Of a stretch of 64,000 bases of DNA, positions 39,283 through 48,477 are shown piece by piece. A model generated the notes under the pieces. The model searched no databases. It saw only the letters and a list, made by a program, of their open reading frames with translations, and was not told the origin of the DNA. The DNA is from Oscillospiraceae bacterium (lineage in GTDB: Bacteria > Bacillota > Clostridia > Oscillospirales > Oscillospiraceae): positions 10,279 through 74,278 of the forward strand of contig JAFWQQ010000054.1 of the NCBI GenBank assembly GCA_017545165.1. Reading direction: 5' to 3'. The translations under genes and the position numbers were made by a program. Numbering within the stretch: position 1 is the stretch's first letter; every line of letters begins with the position of its first letter.

Positions 39283-39546
39283 ATGGCAAAGAAAGGCATG
39301 AAGCGTCCTGACCGGACGCACACACAGCCCCGCAATGAGCTTGCCCCCGTCCCGGAGCTGCAGGGAGCGGCAAAGCAGTCAAAAGAAAAAGCAAAACCCA
39401 TCATCAGCGGTACCAAGGGCTCGGGCCAAAAGGTCTATCACACAGACAAGCCCATCCCATCGGATGTGTATCCCGTCATCGACACCGATCTGGCGCGGGA
39501 CAATTTAGAAAATGATCTCACCGCCGCTGACCGTGAGGATCTGTGA
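39283..39546 (+). CDS. small hypothetical basic protein (87 aa)
   Basis: GAGGTG RBS 9 nt before the ATG. Coupled to the next ORF. Confidence 0.4.
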   Translation: MAKKGMKRPDRTHTQPRNELAPVPELQGAAKQSKEKAKPIISGTKGSGQKVYHTDKPIPSDVYPVIDTDLARDNLENDLTAADREDL

Positions 39547-40175
39547 TGGAATCGATCTGGTCTGAGAGCTGCTGTTTCAAAGAACGAGAGCAGCTGTTCG
39601 GCGATATCCAGGCGGGAATCGCCGTCATCGGCGCGGGGATCGCAGGGCTCTTGACTGCCTCCGCGCTTCAGAAGGCCGGGCGTCAGGTCGTGGTTCTGGA
39701 AGCCAATCGGATCGCAAGCGGTCAGACCCGGAATACAACAGCGAAGATCACTTCCCAGCACGGGCTGATCTACCGCAGACTGATCGACACCCTTGGCAGG
39801 GACAAAGCAAAGCAGTACGCCATGGCAAACGAGGCGGCGATCGAAGCGTATCGGCGCCTGATCACATCGGAGCATATCGACTGCTCCTTTGAGGAGCGAA
39901 ACGCCTATGTCTATGGCTCTGACAGCGAGCAGCTTCAGAAGGAGGCGGAGGCCGCCGCGTCGCTGGGGCTGCCGGCCTCCTTCGTACGGGAGACGGCGCT
40001 GCCCTTTTCCACCGCCGGGGTGGTCTGCTGTGCCCTCGGCGGTACGGACAAATACTCCATGCCGTATATCGTCTACGAGACGCCGACGGCCTACGTCCTG
40101 ATCATCCCGAACAATCCAAGCGTGTACTCTCTTCAGGCTATCGCGTGGAATATAGACTTTACGCAGTTTCGATAA
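39546..40175 (+). CDS. FAD-dependent oxidoreductase, N-terminal fragment (probably truncated or decayed)
   Basis: IAVIGAGIAGLLTASALQKAGRQVVVLEA Rossmann GxGxxG motif. At about 209 aa it is only around half the usual length, and the C-terminal 50 aa look unrelated. Confidence 0.55.
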   Translation: MESIWSESCCFKEREQLFGDIQAGIAVIGAGIAGLLTASALQKAGRQVVVLEANRIASGQTRNTTAKITSQHGLIYRRLIDTLGRDKAKQYAMANEAAIEAYRRLITSEHIDCSFEERNAYVYGSDSEQLQKEAEAAASLGLPASFVRETALPFSTAGVVCCALGGTDKYSMPYIVYETPTAYVLIIPNNPSVYSLQAIAWNIDFTQFR

Positions 40176-40183
40176 CGAACAAA

Positions 40184-40213
40184 AACGCAGGAGCGGATAT
40201 CCGTTCCTGCGTT
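40184..40213. terminator. hairpin AACGCAGGAGCGG/CCGTTCCTGCGTT, copy 1
   Basis: 13-bp imperfect stem. Nearly identical to the copy at 40946-40976. Confidence 0.5.
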
Positions 40214-40232
40214 GCCATATCTGCGATAACAA

Positions 40233-40847
40233 TCATTTTGCTTTCTGAACTTCAAGCAAAACCCTTGCGAGTGAAACGCCGCAATTTTTTGCATGAAAAG
40301 TGGCTCTCATCAGTCCATTACAAAGCCCAGCGTTTACTGAACTCACTTGTATATCGGTTTTTCCTTTACGAAAAGAGCCCATTTCTTTCTTTTCTTCACC
40401 CATAAGCAGCAGTCTGATGCATTCCTCAAGCTGGATTTCCCAAACCGGGTAATCTGTGGGGAGGCCGCAGAGATCAAGCAATTCTTTTGCGTCCTCTTGC
40501 AGCAGATCCGCATAGGGTGAAGGCACTATAGCTTCGTTTCCGTAGCGATCAGAGCAAATTGATAATAGTTCGTCTATTCTTCCATAATCCACTCCGCAGC
40601 TTCGGTAGACATTACCCATAAAATCGACCAGGAACTCATCACCAGCGCAAGCACGCATTATGTTTTCATACTGATCGATGTCGCTAATGCTGAACGAATC
40701 ATCTGCCAGTGAAAAGCGGAGCACGATTTGTCCATAGCACGGGCAGGCGACGAATTCTTCATATTTGAGCTTTCCACTGCTCTTTGTGGCAATCTCTTCG
40801 CTGATAGTAAGTATTCTTTTGTTAAGCTGTTCACTCGTGATGAACAT
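40233..40847 (-). CDS. hypothetical protein (204 aa)
   Basis: Intact ORF with no motif I can name. Bracketed by the two near-identical hairpins. Confidence 0.5.
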   Translation of the reverse strand: MFITSEQLNKRILTISEEIATKSSGKLKYEEFVACPCYGQIVLRFSLADDSFSISDIDQYENIMRACAGDEFLVDFMGNVYRSCGVDYGRIDELLSICSDRYGNEAIVPSPYADLLQEDAKELLDLCGLPTDYPVWEIQLEECIRLLLMGEEKKEMGSFRKGKTDIQVSSVNAGLCNGLMRATFHAKNCGVSLARVLLEVQKAK

Positions 40848-40945
40848 GGCTGAGCGATCCTTTCATCTTTGCTTTCATCACATGGTTTATCAGAGCAACT
40901 TCGCTTTGTCAAGCGCTGCTTACATTAAGCAATCGCACATAGTCA

Positions 40946-40976
40946 AACGCAGGAGCGGTTGATCCGTTCCTGCGTT
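40946..40976. terminator. hairpin AACGCAGGAGCGG/CCGTTCCTGCGTT, copy 2
   Basis: Same arms as 40184-40213, with a different loop. Confidence 0.45.
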
Positions 40977-41088
40977 GCTTCATAAAGAGCAAGAAAAAAA
41001 CATCGAAAAGAGTCAGTCTACCAACGGTGGATTGCCTTTTTGCTCCCGTTGGCGGTATAATCGTGTTGCAATACAGGAGGGCAACGCA

Positions 41089-41724
41089 ATGGATCAACAA
41101 CGGATCGGACAATTCATACAGGAACAGCGAAAGACTCGCGGTATGACGCAGCAGGAGCTGGCCGATCAGCTGGGCGTCACCAATAAGGCGGTTTCCAAGT
41201 GGGAAAAAGGACACTCTATGCCGGATGTCGCGCTGTTTGAGCCGCTATGCAAAGAGTTGGAGATCAGCATCCCGGAGCTGTTGTCCGGTCGAAGAATTGA
41301 CGCTGAGGATCAGCAGCAAACTGCGGAACAGTTGCTGATGGAGTCGATCAGTATGCGAAAGTTGATCGGCCTTTCCGTTTTCCTTCAGCTCAACAGCATC
41401 ATTGGTGTGCTGCTCGTGATCAGTCCCTTCCTGTTTCACCCGGAACGCCCCTTGAATCTATTGCTGGTCGTCCTGGGATTTGTAGAATGTGCCATGGTCG
41501 TCTATTTTGACAGCACATTGCCCGGCAAGGAAGCGCGGCGGCAATCGCTGACCGTGCGCTTCGTCTACACGATTTGCCTGTTTCTGACCATCGCGGCGAT
41601 CAACTATCCCGCGTCCGTGCGCGAGGGAGTCCCGCTCACCACGGAGATCCTGGTTTTCCTGATTCCCTGTGTCCTTGCGCTTTTGATTCAGTTTTTCATC
41701 TGGCGATCCCACAGGAACAAATAA
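41089..41724 (+). CDS. XRE-family HTH regulator fused to a multi-TM C-terminal domain
   Basis: MDQQRIGQFIQEQRKTRGMTQQELADQLGVTNKAVSKWEKGHSMPD HTH_3 motif, followed by about 4 hydrophobic segments. GGAGGG RBS. Confidence 0.8.
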   Translation: MDQQRIGQFIQEQRKTRGMTQQELADQLGVTNKAVSKWEKGHSMPDVALFEPLCKELEISIPELLSGRRIDAEDQQQTAEQLLMESISMRKLIGLSVFLQLNSIIGVLLVISPFLFHPERPLNLLLVVLGFVECAMVVYFDSTLPGKEARRQSLTVRFVYTICLFLTIAAINYPASVREGVPLTTEILVFLIPCVLALLIQFFIWRSHRNK

Positions 41725-41782
41725 GCGAAAATGCGAAAAAGAGCCTGTTGCCCGACAGCAAGGGCAACAGGCTCAGTTCGTT

Positions 41783-41971
41783 TTATTCTTCTGTGACCAC
41801 GATTTTGAATTTGATGACGCCGAGCTTTGTTTCCTTCCCACATTCCGGGCAACAAAGCGGGAAATTCAGCAGAACGGTGTCCTCATAGAGCTTGATATCC
41901 GTTTTCGTCCCACATTTCGGGCACGGCAGCCATAGGGTCTTTTTCTCTTGTTCGTCCATAAACGTCTTCAC
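41783..41971 (-). CDS. cysteine-rich KTR-type small protein
   Basis: 62 aa. CPKCGTKT...CCPECGKETK are two CxxC pairs with the KT(R/K) signature. Confidence 0.65.
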   Translation of the reverse strand: MKTFMDEQEKKTLWLPCPKCGTKTDIKLYEDTVLLNFPLCCPECGKETKLGVIKFKIVVTEE

Positions 41972-41976
41972 CTCCC

Positions 41977-44217
41977 TCAGCCGTAATGTTCTGACATGTA
42001 AAGGCTCAGTTTGCTTTGAATCAGCCTCGCCGCTTCCTCGGCGCTCTCTTTCCCGGCAAGGAAAGCGTTGATTTCGGTTTTCAGCGTGTCGATCACCACA
42101 TCGTCCCGGATCACCAGTCGATCAGTCCCGTAGACCAGCTCGCGCATCACAGCAGCGTCTTTCTCGTTAAAGGATTCATAGTCGTTCACATTGCTCTGCT
42201 GCCGCTGCATACTATTCTCTACTGCTCGCTCAAAGCCAGCGCGTAACACGGGGATACCATCAGTCAGATACGGCTCGTCCTCTCCCTGCATAAAGGTCTT
42301 GACGAAGCGCCAGGCACCGTCTTTGTTTTCACTGGAGGCCAGAACGCCAAGGCTCGTATTGCAGCCAGACGTCCACATCATGCCGTCTCCCAGCATAAGT
42401 TGACCGCTATGTCCCATTCCTTCCGCAGGCAACAGCTTCATGAAGTAGGTTCCTGTACCCGTTGAGCCGGGGAAGCCGAGAACAGCCGCTTCATCCTTGA
42501 AGGTCATGCGTGGACGGTAGCCTGCCTCGGAAGCAAAGTCATAGGAGATCAGCCAGTCGCAGCCGGGACTAAAGAAGGATGCTCCTTCCGGTGAAATGAC
42601 CGGGAGGCGTTTCATCAGCTCCAGCCAGCCGACAAAGGCGGGGCTGTCGAAGCAGCAAGTACCGCTGCTCCGGTCCATAAACTCTGCCGTAGCCGCCCAG
42701 GAGAACAGTATTATCATTTGCTCCTGTGTCATGTAGGGCGCGCCATCTTCCTGCGTGAGCACTTCTATTGCTTTTTCGGGCGTCCATTCCTCCCGGCTGA
42801 TTCCAAGATGCTCTGCGCCAAGTATAGTCAGCAGAGTGAATTTGTCCGTGTACTCATACAGGCCGCCTCTCTCGGTCAGCGCGGAAAAGAGACTGGGAAT
42901 GAAATCTTCCCGGCTGATATCCGGATCAGCGTCGATATAGGGCAGAAGATCGACCAAAAGCTGCCGATCCACCGCGCCGGGCGGGAGCAAGCTGGTGTCC
43001 AGCACATCAATCTCGTTCTCTGTCGCAAGCTGGATCATCAGCTTGTTCCGCTCCGCTTCGTCATGCCACACCATAGGCTTGATGGCAATGCGGTATTCCG
43101 GGTCCGTCTGATTGAAACGCATGATCGCATCCAGCAGCACCTCCGGGCAGGTGTAGTCGGTTTCGCTGTACTCATAGCCCTGGGCCGTGGCATCGGCAAA
43201 GCAGCCCAGCGTCAGCGTCTTCTTCACCGGCACCATGCCGGGACTTACTTTTGTGAGCTTGTTGTTCGCCAAATAGAATAGGTCACCGTTAGAATTCTCC
43301 AGCCCGAGGTAGGCGCTGTAGCCCTGCAGACTCGCGTAATTAAGGGCGACATCCATCCAGTTGAAAATCGGGCTCATGCTTCCGGTGCCCGGGTCGTATT
43401 CCTGCAGCTTCCGCTCCTTTGTGACCAGGATGCGGCCCCGCTGACTGCTGTAAACCGGCTCCCACAGAAGGCCCTCCAAGGGCTTTCCGCATTGGAGCGT
43501 GTCCGGATCAAAAGGGCAATACCCGTCATAGGTGGATAAATAGAGCGCATCGCTGATCCAAATGCATTGTGTAAAACCCATCAACGGCAGATCGAGCTTA
43601 TCGAGTATCTGTGCGTCCCGGTTGATGAGACGCACGGTCTCGTCGTCGTTCAGGATCGCTCGCTCTTTGTCCAGAGCGACAAGCCCGGTCAGATAGGGGT
43701 CGCTGTCATTCCCATTTCTCCAGAAGTCGATGCATGTGCAGGTCTGTGCGCCGCTTTGCGTATCCAGCACGATCAGGAAATAATGCAGCTTGCGAGAGAA
43801 ATCCCGCCTGACCATTTCCTCATCGGAATAGCCCTCCATCAGTCGTACCCAGACGGCGCCATCTGCCACGGAGAATGCTTCGATCCGCGGGTACTTTGCA
43901 TCGCCTGTTTCCAGTTCCCAGCTTTGCCACTCGTCAGCAAGGGTATCATAGCGCAGCACAGCAAATCCGCCGTCTGGCGTCTCTGCATGAAGGTACAGAC
44001 TGTCACCTAAGCTTTGCAGTCCACCAAAGTCTTGATAGCCCTCCGGCATGGGCAACTCGGTAGTGATAAAGCCCTGTTCTGTCTCAGCAGAGATTTGCGG
44101 CTCACCGATCACAATAACCTCGGCATCTTCTCCCAATGTAAGCTTCCCACAGGCGCAGAGCGAGGCAAGCATAGCCAGCGTCAGCAGAAAACCCAATATT
44201 CTGTTTGTTTTACTCAT
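41977..44217 (-). CDS. large lipoprotein: N-terminal beta-rich domain of about 330 aa plus C-terminal extracellular solute-binding-protein-like domain (paralog 1)
   Basis: MSKTNRILGFLLTLAMLASLCACG lipobox. The C-terminal half has SBP-like features (...GFPGSTGTGTYF..., ...AEEAARLIQSKLSLYMSE). Paralogous to 56858-59032 and 62186-64000. Confidence 0.75.
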   Translation of the reverse strand: MSKTNRILGFLLTLAMLASLCACGKLTLGEDAEVIVIGEPQISAETEQGFITTELPMPEGYQDFGGLQSLGDSLYLHAETPDGGFAVLRYDTLADEWQSWELETGDAKYPRIEAFSVADGAVWVRLMEGYSDEEMVRRDFSRKLHYFLIVLDTQSGAQTCTCIDFWRNGNDSDPYLTGLVALDKERAILNDDETVRLINRDAQILDKLDLPLMGFTQCIWISDALYLSTYDGYCPFDPDTLQCGKPLEGLLWEPVYSSQRGRILVTKERKLQEYDPGTGSMSPIFNWMDVALNYASLQGYSAYLGLENSNGDLFYLANNKLTKVSPGMVPVKKTLTLGCFADATAQGYEYSETDYTCPEVLLDAIMRFNQTDPEYRIAIKPMVWHDEAERNKLMIQLATENEIDVLDTSLLPPGAVDRQLLVDLLPYIDADPDISREDFIPSLFSALTERGGLYEYTDKFTLLTILGAEHLGISREEWTPEKAIEVLTQEDGAPYMTQEQMIILFSWAATAEFMDRSSGTCCFDSPAFVGWLELMKRLPVISPEGASFFSPGCDWLISYDFASEAGYRPRMTFKDEAAVLGFPGSTGTGTYFMKLLPAEGMGHSGQLMLGDGMMWTSGCNTSLGVLASSENKDGAWRFVKTFMQGEDEPYLTDGIPVLRAGFERAVENSMQRQQSNVNDYESFNEKDAAVMRELVYGTDRLVIRDDVVIDTLKTEINAFLAGKESAEEAARLIQSKLSLYMSEHYG

Positions 44218-44224
44218 TCTTCTC

Positions 44225-45016
44225 CTATCCGATGTAGATATCACAAAAGTCGTATTTGCCGTCAAAATCCTTCTTGTGGATGGTTCTCCCGGTTGGCTCC
44301 ACTGTCAGTCCACGGGCGATCCCTTCGATGTTCTCCATACTGTCATAGCCCCGGACGCCGATGATCCAGCCTTCCTCCGGATGGAACAGGATCACAAAGT
44401 TCCCGGTGGGGAACTGCGTTTGCTCCCGGTCGATGGCGTGGGTGGCCGTGGCCTGGAACTTGTAGACCTCTACGTCACCCCAGGTCTCACGGGTGATCTC
44501 ACCGGGCTGGAAACCCAGGAGGATCATGGCACCGCCATCCACAAACTGAGGCGCGTACATGATATCTACGACGCAAGAGGGCATATAGACACCGAATTCC
44601 TCGTTGTAGATCTCCCGCCCCTCTACCAGCTTCGTCCTGCCGACGGCCCAGCTCGCAGGATACCAGTAGTCCTCGCTCGGCGACCATGTGACGCGAAAGC
44701 GTACCTCCGGGCATTCTTCCGGACCTTCAAACTCAAAGGCGTATTCTCCCTTCCACTCGACCTGCTGCTCGCCGATGGTGGCCGTATAGGTCTCCCTACT
44801 GCCATGGCGGCTCATTTGAAACCAACCCAGGGCATAAGCGGTCACGGTAAAGAGAGAGACGATGATCGCCGCAACAAGCAAGGTGCTCCACAGCTTGCGG
44901 TGAACGCGGAATGGAGGTGTCGCTTCTTCCGCGTACCCGAGAAAAGCCTCTGCCTTTTTTACGTTTTCCAAACGGATACCCTGCATGGCATCCAACAGCA
45001 GTTCCTCGTTCAGCAT
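44225..45016 (-). CDS. single-pass membrane protein, putative anti-sigma partner (pair 1), unique ectodomain
   Basis: The ATG overlaps the sigma gene stop. Short cytoplasmic N-terminus, TM LWSTLLVAAIIVSLFTVTAYAL, ectodomain of about 200 aa. Confidence 0.6.
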   Translation of the reverse strand: MLNEELLLDAMQGIRLENVKKAEAFLGYAEEATPPFRVHRKLWSTLLVAAIIVSLFTVTAYALGWFQMSRHGSRETYTATIGEQQVEWKGEYAFEFEGPEECPEVRFRVTWSPSEDYWYPASWAVGRTKLVEGREIYNEEFGVYMPSCVVDIMYAPQFVDGGAMILLGFQPGEITRETWGDVEVYKFQATATHAIDREQTQFPTGNFVILFHPEEGWIIGVRGYDSMENIEGIARGLTVEPTGRTIHKKDFDGKYDFCDIYIG

Positions 45017-45567
45017 AAGCCCTCCTCCTGTAGTCTGTCGCGCAGCTTTTTCCGCAGGCGAAACAGGGTGGTTTTCACCTTGCTTTGGGTGCAACCGCTT
45101 TTCTTAGCGATCTCCGCGACGGTTGCGAGAAACCAATAGCGAGAGATAAAGATGATCTGATCCTTCTCCGGCAGCTCATTGACAAAACGGTCGATGGCTT
45201 CTTCCAGTTCTCGGGCTTCTACTTCACGTTCCGGATCTGACTGGCCCATCACGCAATCACTCAGCTCGTCCAGCGCCAGAGGAACCTCACCGCCTCCACG
45301 CTTGAGACTATGTTTCGCGCGGTAGCGATCCAGAGCAAGATGCCGGGTGATCGTCCCCAAAAACCCGGAAAGGATTGCAGGGCGTTCGGTAGGCATCAGA
45401 TTCCATGCTCGAAACCAGGTGTCGTTCACACATTCCTCCGCATCTTCGTTGTCTGTACAGATATTCATGGCGATCCGGTGGCAGTATCTGCCGTACTTCC
45501 GGTCAGTCTCGGATATGGCCTGGTCCGAGCGCTGCCAGTACAGATCAATGATTGCAGTGTCTTCCAT
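45010..45567 (-). CDS. sigma-70 family (ECF-like) RNA polymerase sigma factor, pair 1
   Basis: MEDTAIIDLYWQRSDQAI...EDAEECVNDTWFRAWN (region 2) and ...ATVAEIAKKSGCTQSKVKTTLFRLRKKL (region 4 HTH). AAGGAGG RBS. Confidence 0.85.
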   Translation of the reverse strand: MEDTAIIDLYWQRSDQAISETDRKYGRYCHRIAMNICTDNEDAEECVNDTWFRAWNLMPTERPAILSGFLGTITRHLALDRYRAKHSLKRGGGEVPLALDELSDCVMGQSDPEREVEARELEEAIDRFVNELPEKDQIIFISRYWFLATVAEIAKKSGCTQSKVKTTLFRLRKKLRDRLQEEGLC

Positions 45568-45595
45568 GGGAAAACCTCCTTGAGAGCTCTCATCC

Positions 45596-45626
45596 CTATA
45601 GACGGAAAGCATTTCGACGGGTTACA
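45596..45626 (-). promoter_or_regulatory. ECF-type bipartite promoter motif TGTAACC-N15-CGTCTATAG upstream of sigma gene 1
   Basis: The same motif with the same spacing occurs at 59052-59082 upstream of lipoprotein paralog 2. Confidence 0.5.
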
Positions 45627-45668
45627 AGAAAAGCTGCTATTTCTTCACTGAGTATAGCACATAGATGC

Positions 45669-45702
45669 AAAAAGAGCCCGCCGCAACATTGAGCGGCGGG
45701 CT
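45669..45702 (-). terminator. rho-independent terminator after the blaR1-like gene
   Basis: On the minus strand, AGCCCGCCGC...GCGGCGGGCT is followed by CTTTTT. Confidence 0.7.
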
Positions 45703-45714
45703 ATTTTCATGATG

Positions 45715-48477
45715 TTATCGTTCCGGAATCTCCAGCCAGAAATAGCAATCGTCGCCCAGGCGGTCAAACAACCCTTCGCCTTCGTTGACAATGCAGGCTT
45801 GGACGAAATAGAAATAGCAGAGATACTTGCCCGGAGCAAGGCCGTCAAGCAGCGAAATGTCGGACACGATCGATGATTGCTGCCTTGTTTCGTTATACAG
45901 CGTTTCGCTCTTCAGCTGTTCCCCTGTCTTCCCATCGAGTAAATAGAAGACAAGTGTGATCGTGTTCTCCGGCATCCGGACCCGCAGTTCGCCGGCCATC
46001 CGCAGCGTGGGAATCTCGTCCGCATGTTCCTCAAGCGCCAACACAATCGTTTCGCCAGAATGCAGAATCGGATAGGGATCGACAGTGATGTTTCCGCTGG
46101 TGACCGACAGCTTTGGCCGTTCATTCTCCCCTTGCCATAAGGCGACCGGCACCCCATTCTCGGCGAAGTACACCGCCGCCGCTCCACGCTCAAGGGGGAC
46201 AATCACCGCCCAAACCGGACTTGCGCCATCGACGATCCAAACGACGCTATCGGGCAGCTCCGAACTGAAGAAATGGAGCTGCATATCTGCCACGCGAGGG
46301 GCAATTTGTTCATACTGCTCGCCCCACTGCAGGTGGACAACACTTGCAAGGTCCACGTAGATTTGGTTGAGAACGACCAACTCTTGATCCAGTGAGAAAC
46401 CGGACTCGGCAAAGCTTAACAGGTCATTCGGTCTGTTATCGCCGCTCTGATCCTCATAGCGGGCCAGAGCTATATCGAACGGCGCGGGGTAGAGCCGGTG
46501 CAGCTTGGAAAGCAGCGCTGCAAAAGCCTCGGCATTGGCACCGTCGAGGTCGTGGATCAGCGGAAGCAGTTTCTCGATTTGCCCGCAGTCCAAGCGGTGT
46601 GTTTCTGCGTATTGGCCGATCAATTCACACAGTCGAACGACTCCACCGGGGTCCTGATCCGCCCAGCGTGTCAGAGATAGCGGTACAGATCCGCTGTTCT
46701 GATTGGCCTCATCCAATTCGCTGAACATCTGTTCAATCCTTATTTCATCGTCCGCAGTCAAGCCTGTTTCTACCGGCTTTCCCGCTTCGTATGTCGCCCA
46801 GGCCATCAGTTCGTCCATCAGGTTTTTGCCGCAGTCGAAGGAAACCACCATTGACTGGGAAGATAGCAAATTGTGTGCATAGCAGTTCATTTCTGAATCC
46901 GGGGCAGTTTGCTCAAAGCTCAGACACCAATAGTCATCTCCGCGCAGGTATATCTGCCGCGATGGCTCAACTGTCGTAAACCCTTGAATGGCCTGTGCAG
47001 TCCATGTCTGTGAACTAATGATTTCATGAAAGCTCTTGCCGGATTTCTCGTAAGAACGGCCTGTATTGTCAATCAGAGTGACAATTTCAGCATTGGAGAA
47101 GCTGAGAAGAAAGCTCAGAGGATCGGAGAGAATGAGTTCGGTATCGAAAGTCTGCTCCGGCCTGCGATCCGGCTCCGTGGAGGGGGCGGGGATGAAGGTC
47201 GCCAGCGCCGCCTCATAGTCCCCGGCGCCAGTGCGGTAATATCGTATATCGTTGCCGAAGCGGACGGCGGCGAGGCGCTCGGACTGATAAACGATGATCC
47301 GGTAATCGTCCTCGATCACGAACTCAAGATAGCCGCGCGGTTCGGGAGACGACGACGGCGCACGCCGCTTCGTCCATTCCGCGCTCTCCAAAAACTGCGC
47401 CAGCGCCTTGCTGTCCGCGACGCCGGGCTGAACGCCGTCAGAGTCTGCCGGGTACAGATTGGCGTAGGGCGCGGTGTCGTTCTGCCCGATCAGAGTGATC
47501 GCGTTTTTGTAGTTTAGGAAGGAAAGGTCCGGGCCGTCGTCCTTCGGGTTCGTCAGGAAGCAGACCGCAATGACCGCACAGGCAATCAGCGCCGCGACGA
47601 TTATCCAGAACGCGGGCTTTCTATAATTCAGCACGCCCTTCACCCGCTCCTTCACGCCGACTTCCCCGAAAGCAAGCGGGCAGGCCAGGATCAGCCGCCG
47701 CTGCATGCTGCACGAGACAAGCGCGTTGGCATAGGCTTTCTTTTCAGCCATTGCCATGTCGGAGATTACTTTCTCGTCGCAAGCCGCTTCAATATCCCGG
47801 CAAAGCAGGATGTAGGCGACCCAGACCAGAGGATTAAAACAATACACGGTGAGAAGAAGAAAACCGAGTGGCTTCCAAAGGTGGTCTTTTCGCTTCAGAT
47901 GGGAGCGCTCATGGGCCAGAACGTAGGCGGTTTCTTTTTCGTTCAAGCCGGAGGGCAGATAGATTCGCGGACGGAACACGCCCAAAATGAACGGCGTTTT
48001 CACTTGATCGCAAAGCCAAGTGTTTTTCTCATACGGGATCGCTTCCGTAACCTTACGACGCAGGCGGAGATAGCTGATAAGCCCGTATAAAAGAAGGATA
48101 ACTATGCCACCTACCCATACAAGGCCGCCCAGATACAGAACGATTTGCATGGGATTCACGCTGTTCATGGGAGTCGCGGCCAGGGAGGTTCCGAGCGTCG
48201 GATTGACCGCGTTGTCAATGACGGAAACGCCGCTGTTGATCTCGGGATGCTGGGCGTAGCCGATCGACGGGCTGATCACCTCTGCGCTCGGGATCAAGCT
48301 GAGAACCGACTGCAAAGAAAACGGGAATACAAGCCGCAAGCCCACGAGACCCCAGAGTACGACGGAGATCCATTTCGGTGCTTTCTTCAGAAGAAGGCGC
48401 AACAGCATGACCGCGAGGATCAGCCATCCTGCGGAGATGCTCATATTCAAAACTTTTATGAATACGGCTTCCATCAT
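45715..48477 (-). CDS. BlaR1-like M56 metallopeptidase signal transducer with a C-terminal extracellular region of about 600 aa that is not penicillin-binding-like
   Basis: N-terminal TM region with the LAHERSHLKRKDH (HExxH) motif and ...CDEKVI. After a further TM segment (FWIIVAALIACAVIAVCF) the remainder has no SxxK/PBP motifs. Confidence 0.8.
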   Translation of the reverse strand: MMEAVFIKVLNMSISAGWLILAVMLLRLLLKKAPKWISVVLWGLVGLRLVFPFSLQSVLSLIPSAEVISPSIGYAQHPEINSGVSVIDNAVNPTLGTSLAATPMNSVNPMQIVLYLGGLVWVGGIVILLLYGLISYLRLRRKVTEAIPYEKNTWLCDQVKTPFILGVFRPRIYLPSGLNEKETAYVLAHERSHLKRKDHLWKPLGFLLLTVYCFNPLVWVAYILLCRDIEAACDEKVISDMAMAEKKAYANALVSCSMQRRLILACPLAFGEVGVKERVKGVLNYRKPAFWIIVAALIACAVIAVCFLTNPKDDGPDLSFLNYKNAITLIGQNDTAPYANLYPADSDGVQPGVADSKALAQFLESAEWTKRRAPSSSPEPRGYLEFVIEDDYRIIVYQSERLAAVRFGNDIRYYRTGAGDYEAALATFIPAPSTEPDRRPEQTFDTELILSDPLSFLLSFSNAEIVTLIDNTGRSYEKSGKSFHEIISSQTWTAQAIQGFTTVEPSRQIYLRGDDYWCLSFEQTAPDSEMNCYAHNLLSSQSMVVSFDCGKNLMDELMAWATYEAGKPVETGLTADDEIRIEQMFSELDEANQNSGSVPLSLTRWADQDPGGVVRLCELIGQYAETHRLDCGQIEKLLPLIHDLDGANAEAFAALLSKLHRLYPAPFDIALARYEDQSGDNRPNDLLSFAESGFSLDQELVVLNQIYVDLASVVHLQWGEQYEQIAPRVADMQLHFFSSELPDSVVWIVDGASPVWAVIVPLERGAAAVYFAENGVPVALWQGENERPKLSVTSGNITVDPYPILHSGETIVLALEEHADEIPTLRMAGELRVRMPENTITLVFYLLDGKTGEQLKSETLYNETRQQSSIVSDISLLDGLAPGKYLCYFYFVQACIVNEGEGLFDRLGDDCYFWLEIPER

